40,864 nt of DNA from Terrimicrobiaceae bacterium (GTDB lineage: Bacteria > Verrucomicrobiota > Verrucomicrobiia > Chthoniobacterales > Terrimicrobiaceae), in the NCBI GenBank assembly GCA_041752695.1, contig JBGSVZ010000078.1:1-40864 (forward strand), given 5' to 3'. A model generated the notes under the pieces. The model saw only the letters and a list, made by a program, of their open reading frames with translations. It was not told where the DNA came from and ran no database searches. Position 1 is the stretch's first letter. The number at the start of each line of letters is the position of its first letter. Shown piece after piece: positions 27,602 through 35,133 of the stretch. The position numbers were made by a program, and so were the translations under genes.

Positions 27602-29689
27602 CTATTTCGTTTCCTTGAATCCCGCGTTGCGCAGGATGGCTTGGGGCACTTCTGACGGGGAGGAGATGATTTGGTTTCTGCGGTAGGAGAGGTCGATCGG
27701 AAAGTTCTTAAGGCCGAAGTCGGAAGTGTAGGGGCAAATGCTGAAGTATGTTGAGTCACGCCAATAGTTGCGCTCGAAAAGAATCTGCCCATAGGTGCGA
27801 CAGCCGCCCGATTCATTGCCGTAGGGCAGGCCATTGGCCAAGCTGGGAATGGGATCATAGGGGAGGGGGTCAAGAGGGCTCGGCGGCGGGCCAAATTGAA
27901 TGGATCCAATGGGGTTGTCGTACGAAACATTGCTACGAAGCGTGACGAAGCGGCTGCCTCCGTCAGTGTAGAAGACGTTTCCCCCTCCCTGCGGGAGTTT
28001 ACCACTCGCGACGTTGCCAGCGATGAGCGTCCCGTCTTTTGCCGAGGTTCCCTGCTGCCCGGTGGTGTAAATCGCACCGCCATCCCATAGAACCTGCAGA
28101 AATTGTTGAATCCTGTTGTTCACGATCCTGTTAGACCGGGTGGCGGTGGGGGTCTCATAGAAACCCCACTCCCCGGAAAATGCTTCGGTAATACCTGGAA
28201 AGCTGCCGGGGTCGAGCAGACCCCAGCCCCAGCCCAAGGCGATCCCGGACCATGGAACATCGGTAATAGTGTTATCGCTTACAACCGTCCGCGTCGTGCA
28301 GCCGACGAAGATTGCAGCGGTGTCCTGGTAGTCACGTCCGGTTTGATAAATCGCGTTATTGAGGATGGTGTTGTCGGTTGAGAGTTCCGCAGGAGTCGGA
28401 GGATGGTGGTCCACTTCAAATACACCCCCGACTTGAATAGCCGCCGAAGCAATATCGCTGAACTTGTTGTCGACAATGAGATTGCGCTGGCTCCCCGTAT
28501 CGAAATCGACAGCCACCCCCCCGAGATTCTCAAAGAAGTTATCCCTCAGCGTGATACGTCGTGCATACTTGAAATGAAGGTTGCCTTGGGAGCGTCCCAT
28601 ACGGGGAGGATCTCCGATGGTGTTGGGCTCGGTGTGACCGATGATGTTGGGCGAATTATCTCCAACAAGGTAGACGCCACTCTGGTCAGTAACGTAGCCA
28701 TGATCACCCCCGGGACCCACCCACGTGGCATAGCGAAACCTCAAACCCTGGAACTGGATATTTTCGATGGGCTCGGAGGCTGTGCCCACGGCTTCGATAA
28801 GCTTTTCCACAACGGGGAGTTCGACAACAGCGGTAGCCATGGTCTCACCCCAGCGCGGGATGTAGTAAAGGAGGTCGAGTTCCGTGTCGAGATACCACTC
28901 TCCAGGGAGATCGAGAAAGGACAAGCTGTTCTCAAAACGGGTCACCTGCCAAAAACTCCAGATTGAGGGCGCAAACACTCCAGGCTCGCCCGCGACCTCG
29001 GAGTAAGAGACGTTTGCATTGTTCCATGCGGGTTCCCTCATCACAAGAGTGCCGTTACCCAACGAGGTGGGGGCTACTGAGGCGACCCCACAAATCATCA
29101 TTTTCCACTGGGTAAGAATAATCGCCTCCACTCTTTCCGGATTCTCCCATAGCAAAGGGTCGCGCCATCCTGCCGGGTTAAGCTGCGTGGACACATATTG
29201 AATCCCAGAGTCGCCGGGCCGGAACCCGGCTGGGTAATCCGATGTTCGAGCGCGTATCGCGCGCTTGCCGTTTACGTAAAGCTGCCGGGAATCGATTGGC
29301 TGAAGGCCGGAAACGTCTGCGCAATAGATTTTGAGTACCGGATCGACCAGGGTCCAGGCAGTTCCGGGCACCAACGCCGAGCCACAAATGACTGGCTGTT
29401 CGCCGGGAGCCGATTTCCAAATTACGTTGCGGTTCTTATTGCCGGAATCCCGGGCATCGAGCGTGAGCGACTCGGTGAGCCTGTAGGTTCCTCCGCCAAG
29501 ATTGACGGTCACGTCACCGCGCGCCGACGGAAGAAGCCCGCGGACAACATCGCGGGCACGGTGGAGCGTCTGCAGGGGAAGTTCTTCCGTTCCCGGGTTG
29601 GTGTCACTGCCAGCGGGCGAGACCCAGACTTCCAAAGGGGCGGCACAAGCCATGCACAAGGACATGAGGAGAATCAAACATGCTCGCAT
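27602..29689 (-). CDS. Secreted right-handed parallel beta-helix protein (GH141-like glycoside hydrolase)
   Basis: Signal peptide MRACLILLMSLCMACA, then WVSPAGSDTNPGT..P.QTL..A, GGTYRL, RQLYVNGKRAIRAR, ENSLSFLDLPGEWY, beta-helix repeats, DGGAIYT and YTDGGS. Confidence 0.85.
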   Translation of the reverse strand: MRACLILLMSLCMACAAPLEVWVSPAGSDTNPGTEELPLQTLHRARDVVRGLLPSARGDVTVNLGGGTYRLTESLTLDARDSGNKNRNVIWKSAPGEQPVICGSALVPGTAWTLVDPVLKIYCADVSGLQPIDSRQLYVNGKRAIRARTSDYPAGFRPGDSGIQYVSTQLNPAGWRDPLLWENPERVEAIILTQWKMMICGVASVAPTSLGNGTLVMREPAWNNANVSYSEVAGEPGVFAPSIWSFWQVTRFENSLSFLDLPGEWYLDTELDLLYYIPRWGETMATAVVELPVVEKLIEAVGTASEPIENIQFQGLRFRYATWVGPGGDHGYVTDQSGVYLVGDNSPNIIGHTEPNTIGDPPRMGRSQGNLHFKYARRITLRDNFFENLGGVAVDFDTGSQRNLIVDNKFSDIASAAIQVGGVFEVDHHPPTPAELSTDNTILNNAIYQTGRDYQDTAAIFVGCTTRTVVSDNTITDVPWSGIALGWGWGLLDPGSFPGITEAFSGEWGFYETPTATRSNRIVNNRIQQFLQVLWDGGAIYTTGQQGTSAKDGTLIAGNVASGKLPQGGGNVFYTDGGSRFVTLRSNVSYDNPIGSIQFGPPPSPLDPLPYDPIPSLANGLPYGNESGGCRTYGQILFERNYWRDSTYFSICPYTSDFGLKNFPIDLSYRRNQIISSPSEVPQAILRNAGFKETK

Positions 29690-29749
29690 CGTCTGGGTAT
29701 ATGTCGTTTGCCTACCTTGGGCAACGATGATTTTCCAGGGGTTCTTCAC

Positions 29750-29797
29750 CCTTAATCCTGACGATCTCCCAGTGCGGGGAGATCGTCAGGATTAAGG
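29750..29797. repeat. Perfect 21-bp inverted repeat
   Basis: CCTTAATCCTGACGATCTCCC-agtgcg-GGGAGATCGTCAGGATTAAGG. Confidence 0.9.
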
Positions 29798-30249
29798 CAT
29801 TTTATAGGACTTCTCTGCGGCGCGGGCACGATGGCCCGCTTCCATTGTGACGAATCAGATCCCCATCCCTCGATTCTGACCCAAGGTGCGCCGCCTAAGG
29901 GTGAAGCCTTTGCGACCGACCGGTCCCTTATTGGAGCGGCTGGGGAAAGTGTTCAAAAATTGACTGCTGGCTTTGGCAGGCGGTATTTCCCTCGGAAGAT
30001 TCTCATGGTTGCGCTTTTCGGCCAAGGGTTGCCAGGAGATCCTGGCCATGCGCCGGGCCGTTGCCCGGGTCCGTGTCTTCCCTCCCTACTCTACTCTCAA
30101 ATTCTTCTGCCCCCCGTGCGCGCAGCGCATCACTTCATCCTGAAAAAATCTTGTGCCTCTGCGGGAGGCATGAATTCAGTTCCCAAGCGAGTTTAGCGCT
30201 GCGAAATGGGTTTATCCCATCGTGCCGGGACGTCACGATCCACCTGGCT

Positions 30250-30864
30250 TTACTGTTGTTCGCGGAGTTCGCGGGTGACGTGGGCGGACCATGTGGAGTT
30301 GCCGGGGAGGGGGCCGACGAGGATTTCGAGAGTGTCGATGGATTCCTGGGCGAAGGGGTGATTTTGGACATCGGCGATGGCGGCAGCGGTGGGGAGCAAG
30401 AGGTCTTCGGGTTGGTTGTAGAGGGCGGCGAAGAGGACTTCGGCGGCTGGTTGGGGAAGTTGGTTACGGCGGAGTTTCTGCGCCCACTCGGCGGCCACTT
30501 TTTCATCGGAGAGGTTCGCGATGTGCTGGGCAGCCTCTTCCTGGTCACTAGGGTTCAGGCGAGGCAGGAGGACAAGGAGGTTGCGGGCGGCCTGTTCGTG
30601 GGAAATGGATTCATCGCCCAGGATCTCCGAAATGGCCGAGGCTCCGTCGATGAGTTGGTCTTCGGCGGCTGTGGCGTCCAGCGCAGCGGGGTTTGAAAGT
30701 GGTTCGCCGACACGTGCTGGCGACAGCGTTGGCGATGGCCGCGCTGCCGTCGGTGGAGCAACCTGTCCCGGGCCCGAATCGTCCACCGGGCGCAGGGTCA
30801 AGATCATCACGGCACCGGCCAGAACCAGAATCGCGAGGGCCAACAACGAGTAAATGCCTTTCAT
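30250..30864 (-). CDS. Hypothetical membrane-anchored/exported helical protein
   Basis: 204 aa: N-terminal TM/signal (IYSLLALAILVLAGAVMILTL), Pro-rich linker and an alpha-helical-looking C-terminal domain. Confidence 0.75.
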   Translation of the reverse strand: MKGIYSLLALAILVLAGAVMILTLRPVDDSGPGQVAPPTAARPSPTLSPARVGEPLSNPAALDATAAEDQLIDGASAISEILGDESISHEQAARNLLVLLPRLNPSDQEEAAQHIANLSDEKVAAEWAQKLRRNQLPQPAAEVLFAALYNQPEDLLLPTAAAIADVQNHPFAQESIDTLEILVGPLPGNSTWSAHVTRELREQQ

Positions 30865-31171
30865 CCCGGGGTGGAGGGTAAACTAGGCGGCGACGAAGGG
30901 CAAACCACAATCCCCGCTCTCCACGATGAAATCCCCCGCTCTGATCAGAGCCGGTATGACCCCGGTTTGCCTTTGGGCTTACGGCGATGAGACGACCAGA
31001 GAATCTTTAGCCTAATGGCTGGCTCCGATGCCATCGCCAGAGCAGGTGGCTCACGTCTTGACGTTGCTTTACACGACACGGCATGGGCTAGATTGGGTCG
31101 GCAACGGAGCAAAAGGGGGCAGGTATTTAGGGGAAGAAAGCATCGAGGACAGAAGGCCAAGTGTCTTTTGG

Positions 31172-31405
31172 AGGATGTTCATCTGGCAGTGGTTTTTCCC
31201 GGCGACGACCCTGACGAAGCTGGGCGCGACGGGAGAGAAGCGGCGGTATCATTTGCACGATAGTCATGTGCAGATGGCGGGATACGACCTCCCGACGATT
31301 CGGAGGCTGCTTGGCCATGCCGACGTTAAGACGACCATGATCTCTGTGCAGACGGTGCTGACGATCATGGCGAAAGAGGTCAAAAGTCCTCTGGATCTGG
31401 CGTGA
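31172..31405 (+). pseudogene. intI: Integron integrase (IntI) C-terminal remnant
   Basis: FIWQWFFPA..LT....TGEKRRYHLHDSHVQ is the integron-specific insert and is joined directly to AGYDLPTIRRLLGHADVKTTMIS...KEVKSPLD. The HxxRHSFA box is missing, the catalytic Tyr codon reads TCT (Ser), and there is no N-terminal domain. Confidence 0.85.
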
Positions 31406-31463
31406 GGGAACAGGCCGTTCGGGGCAAGGCACGGGTTATTGACGTTTTCCCGGCTGTGCGAAA

Positions 31464-32195
31464 ATGAGTGGTTCAATCCCGGACTTCCCGCTAAATCGTG
31501 CCCCTGTGCGAATTCGAGAACTGCCGTCTGACGAACGTCCCCGGGAAAAGCTCATGGCGCGTGGTCCGGCCAGCCTGACCGATGCCGAGTTGCTCGCGAT
31601 TTTTTTGCGGACGGGAACCCGCGGGAAAAGTGCCATTGCGTTGGCGGGGGATCTTTTGAAAAACAAGGGCTCGCTCACGGGGCTCTCGCGCTGCAGTGCC
31701 GCGGAGATCGCCCAGCGCGGATCCGGCATCGGGCTGGCCAAAGCCGCCAACCTGGCAGCGGCGTGCGAACTTGGGAAACGCCTGGCGCGTGGCGGAGAGG
31801 ACCGGCCCGTGCTCGACAGCGCGGAGGCCATCTATGCGATGTTCGCCCCGGAGTTCCATGCGATGGATCGCGAGGTGGTCAAAGCCGCGCTGTTGGATAC
31901 CAAGCTGCGGCTGATCCGCCTGGAAAACATTGCCCTCGGTTCTCTCAACGAGTGTGTGGCGCATCCGCGAGAGATCTTTCGCGCGGCGATTGTCCACTTG
32001 GCCTACGCCGTGATCTTGATCCACAATCACCCGTCGGGCGACCCCGCGCCGAGTCAGGCCGACCACCGGCTCACCCGCCAGCTTCGCGAGGCGGCGGCCC
32101 TGCTCCAGATCCAGCTCCTTGACCACATTATCATCGGAACGCCGGTGGGCGGGAGGAGTCCGTATTTCAGTTTTCGCGAAGCCGGTTGTTTATGA
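31464..32195 (+). CDS. radC: RadC/UPF0758 JAB-domain protein
   Basis: ERPREKL, LTDAELLAIFLRTG, GIGLAKA, HPREIF, HNHPSGDPAPSQAD and LLDHIII motifs. Confidence 0.95.
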   Translation: MSGSIPDFPLNRAPVRIRELPSDERPREKLMARGPASLTDAELLAIFLRTGTRGKSAIALAGDLLKNKGSLTGLSRCSAAEIAQRGSGIGLAKAANLAAACELGKRLARGGEDRPVLDSAEAIYAMFAPEFHAMDREVVKAALLDTKLRLIRLENIALGSLNECVAHPREIFRAAIVHLAYAVILIHNHPSGDPAPSQADHRLTRQLREAAALLQIQLLDHIIIGTPVGGRSPYFSFREAGCL

Positions 32196-32959
32196 AAATC
32201 CATCCCACAGCTCAAATTTCCCCCCGTGCCCTCATCGGAGACGATGTGGAAATCGGCGCGGACTGCATCGTGCAGGCCAATGCCGTGATCGAGGGCCGCA
32301 CCACGCTCGGTGAGCGAAATTTCGTCGGCTACGGCGCGGTGATTGGCGCGCCGCCGCAGGACTTTGCCTTTAAGGATGGCGTGTTGAGCGAGACACGTAT
32401 TGGCAACGGAAACACCTTTCGCGAGTACGTGACCATTCATCGCGGGACCAAGGAAGGAACTGCGACGGTGGTCGGCGACGGCTGTTACCTGATGGTTGCG
32501 ACCCATCTTGGGCACAATGTGCAACTCGGTAATCGGGTGATCATTGCCAACAACTGCCTGCTGGCCGGGTATGTGGAAGTCGGCGACGGCGCGGTGCTCG
32601 GCGGCGGCACGGTGTTCCACCAGTTTCTCCGGGTGGGCAGGATGGCCATGGTCCGGGGCGGGACGCGTTTTGGCAAAGACATCCCACCTTATGTTTCGGC
32701 GGACGGCGAGAATCTGCTTTCCGGCATCAATGCGGTCGGCCTGCGGCGTTCCGGGTTTTCCGCAGACGTGCGGATGGAAATCAAACGCGCTTTCAAGCTG
32801 ATGTATCGCAGCGGACTGAATACAAAACAGGCTCTGGAAAAAGCCCGGGAATCCGTGTGGAGCGAGGAAACCCAGGTGTTTTTCGATTTTATTGCCTCGT
32901 CAAAACGGGGCGTTTGCCAGGCCAATCGCGTGCCGGAGTCCGACGAAAGGGAAGGGTAG
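32192..32959 (+). CDS. lpxA: UDP-N-acetylglucosamine O-acyltransferase
   Basis: Hexapeptide repeats, PPQD, REYVTIHRGT, THLGHN, HQF, DIPPY and GINAVGLRRSGF. Confidence 0.93.
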   Translation: MKIHPTAQISPRALIGDDVEIGADCIVQANAVIEGRTTLGERNFVGYGAVIGAPPQDFAFKDGVLSETRIGNGNTFREYVTIHRGTKEGTATVVGDGCYLMVATHLGHNVQLGNRVIIANNCLLAGYVEVGDGAVLGGGTVFHQFLRVGRMAMVRGGTRFGKDIPPYVSADGENLLSGINAVGLRRSGFSADVRMEIKRAFKLMYRSGLNTKQALEKARESVWSEETQVFFDFIASSKRGVCQANRVPESDEREG

Positions 32960-32981
32960 GGCGCGTTGTCCCCAACGCGCC
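32956..32981 (+). repeat. GTAG-family REP element overlapping lpxA stop
   Basis: GTAG followed by GGCGCGTTG-TCCC-CAACGCGCC, a perfect 9-bp hairpin. Confidence 0.7.
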
Positions 32982-32992
32982 GTCGACGGTGC

Positions 32993-34261
32993 CTAAGTCA
33001 CGGGCTTTGGCGTCGTGCCGATCCAGGCAGCGAGATGGACATCCTTCACGCTCACGCCGGCGCGTTTGGCGGCTTCACGGCACGATTCGTATTCCGGTGC
33101 GGCCTGCACCATTTCGTCGCCGAGGAAACCGAGTTTGATCCGCACCGGACCGTAGGGGGTTTCCACTTCGCGGAATTCGCGGCGCAATTTCATCCGGCGT
33201 TTGCGGTCCATCCGCACGCCGAAAGCACTGGTTTCCGTCAGAATAATACGGGCCAGTTCGGAAGCGGTCTCTTCGGTGGCCAGGACCGTCAGCATGAAAC
33301 CGGGGCGGTTTTTTTTCATCTGGGCGGCGGTGTAAAACACATCGAGCGCGCCGGCCGCGAAGAGCCGCTCCATGGTGGCGCCGGCCAGTTCGGGCGTGAG
33401 GTCGTCGAGGTTGGTCTCGATTTGCGTGATCTCATCGATCTCGGCGTCCGGCGTTTCCGCGCAGATGCCCACCACCGCGCGGAGCACGTTGGGCCGGGGT
33501 TGGGAATCGCGCGTCCCCAGTCCGTAGCCGATTTTTTCGATCCGCATTTCCGGCAGCGGGCCGAAAAAGGTGGCAAACTCCGCCAGGATGGCCGCGCCGG
33601 TGGGCGTGATGAGTTCGCCCGTTTCTTCAATCTGGCGGACCGGGATGCCGGACAAAATTTCCATCGTGGCGGGTGCCGGAAGGGGGAAGCGGCCGTGGGC
33701 GCAATCGACAAACCCCGAACCCTCCACCAGCCGGGAGGCAACCACGCGGTCGATCTCCAGCGCCTCGATGCCGGCGCAGGCGGCGACGATGTCCGCGATG
33801 GAATCCACCGCGCCCACCTCGTGAAAACCGACCTCCGCGGGTGGAACGCCGTGGATTTTTCCCTCCGCCACCGCGATGCGATGGAAGACGGCGATGCTGC
33901 GCTCCTTGACGCCCTCGGAGAGCGAACTGTTGGCGATCAAAGTTCGGATTTCTTGAAAATTTCTTCCGTGGGTATGCCCGTGATCCAGCCCGGCGAGATG
34001 CCAGCGGGTCTCCTCGTTCACCGGGGCGGCATGGGAGTGAGAGGGGGACGAGTGGTCGTGGGCATGCGCGTGGACCTCAAACTTCCAGCCCGAGATCCCC
34101 TGACGAACACCGCGCTGAAAATGCGCGTGCATCTCGCCTGCGAGTCCCAGCGCGGCCAGCGCTTCCTGAAAAACAGCCTCTTCGACCCCCGCGTCCCGCA
34201 GGGCTCCGACCGTCATGTCACCGCTGATACCGGAAAAACAATCGAAATAAAGAACACGCAT
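32993..34261 (-). CDS. larC: Nickel pincer nucleotide cofactor biosynthesis protein LarC
   Basis: MRVLYFDCFSGISGDM, His-rich insert, AEGKIHG, FHEVGAVDSIADIV, HGRFPLPAPAT, ELITPTGAA, ETNLDD, MKKNRPG, ETSAFGVR and PEYESC. Confidence 0.95.
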   Translation of the reverse strand: MRVLYFDCFSGISGDMTVGALRDAGVEEAVFQEALAALGLAGEMHAHFQRGVRQGISGWKFEVHAHAHDHSSPSHSHAAPVNEETRWHLAGLDHGHTHGRNFQEIRTLIANSSLSEGVKERSIAVFHRIAVAEGKIHGVPPAEVGFHEVGAVDSIADIVAACAGIEALEIDRVVASRLVEGSGFVDCAHGRFPLPAPATMEILSGIPVRQIEETGELITPTGAAILAEFATFFGPLPEMRIEKIGYGLGTRDSQPRPNVLRAVVGICAETPDAEIDEITQIETNLDDLTPELAGATMERLFAAGALDVFYTAAQMKKNRPGFMLTVLATEETASELARIILTETSAFGVRMDRKRRMKLRREFREVETPYGPVRIKLGFLGDEMVQAAPEYESCREAAKRAGVSVKDVHLAAWIGTTPKPVT

Positions 34262-34376
34262 GGGAGTGAAAGAAATCGTATCCGGCTGCGGGCGGCGGCA
34301 AAGGCAAATTTCCCGGGTAAATGCCGGGAATAGGATTTTGCTGTAGGCCGCACCGCCGGGGCGGCTTTCCCGGGAC

Positions 34377-34838
34377 TTAACCGATAGCCCCCGCTCTTTG
34401 CACGGCTTCGCGTTCCAATGGGGCGGCCGCGTACCCCTGCTGGAGGCATTCCCCGATGTAGCGGGCGAGGAAGGGTTTGAACCCACCGAGGCGTTCGTAT
34501 TGGCCGGTATGGACACATTCGTGGGCGATAAGGTGGCGATCGCCCCAGAACTCCCGGCGCACAAAAATCCCGTAGCGCAGGCTCATGCCCGCCGCGGAGA
34601 AGAACGGCAGCCCGGTCTGGCCGGCAATCCAACCAAGGTAAGGTTCTCCCGGCAGTGGCACATGCTCCACGCGCAGTAGGCGGATCTTTTTTGGCCGGCC
34701 GACGCCCATCGCCACGGCATCCTGCAGTCCCGTGGCGGAAAGCGGGTCACCCTCGGCAAGGATGCGGGCCTCCGCGCGCTCGGCCCAGCGCACGATCAAC
34801 GGCAGGGCGAGAGGGAGCAGTTTGGCGAGACGCGACAT
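34377..34838 (-). CDS. Hypothetical zincin-like (HExxH) protein
   Basis: AGMSLRYGIFVR, HLIAHECVHTGQYERLGG..PFL..Y and PLEREA motifs (HExxH plus downstream E), resembling DUF4157-like proteins. Confidence 0.75.
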   Translation of the reverse strand: MSRLAKLLPLALPLIVRWAERAEARILAEGDPLSATGLQDAVAMGVGRPKKIRLLRVEHVPLPGEPYLGWIAGQTGLPFFSAAGMSLRYGIFVRREFWGDRHLIAHECVHTGQYERLGGFKPFLARYIGECLQQGYAAAPLEREAVQRAGAIG

Positions 34839-34918
34839 GCAGATATTCTGTGGCGACCGGCTTTTTCGCGCAAAAGTTTTGTGAGGGCCGCTGCCGGAGT
34901 CCGACAGGAAAAAGGCAT

Positions 34919-35063
34919 TTTTAACCGCGGATGACGCGGATGGCACGGATACGGATGGGGAGACTTTCTGAAAATGATGGTTCTCCATCAAGGGACGATC
35001 TTCCGTAAAATCGTCTCCCGCTTATTGTTTTATCCGCGCTATCCGCGTCATCCGCGGTCAAAA
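34919..35063. repeat. MITE-like element with 33-bp inverted arms built from 9-mer GCGGATGAC-type units
   Basis: TTTTAACCGCGGATGACGCGGATGGCACGGATA (34919-34951) matches the reverse complement of 35031-35063 at 30/33, with a 79-nt spacer. Confidence 0.8.
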
Positions 35064-35133
35064 TCTCCGCTCCGCTTCTCCCCCAAAAAAATCCCCTTGG
35101 ACGAACCGTCCGCCCGCCTGTTAGAAATTGGCG

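Noticed and set aside
29798..30249. attC site between the two island genes
   Set aside because: I found no plus-strand AAC in this interval, so the paired RYYYAAC...GTTRRRY boxes cannot form.
30896..30974. c-di-GMP-I (GEMM) riboswitch suggested by GGCAAACC on both strands
   Set aside because: There is no GNRA-capped stem and no downstream GACGCAAAGC-type motif on either strand.
31464..32195. RadC as part of a mobile or anti-restriction module next to the integrase
   Set aside because: It is the full-length chromosomal type with the N-terminal HhH region and overlaps lpxA (ATGA), so it looks like core genome.
22807..35063. CRISPR array from the various short repeats
   Set aside because: No repeat recurs with regular unique spacers and no cas genes are present.
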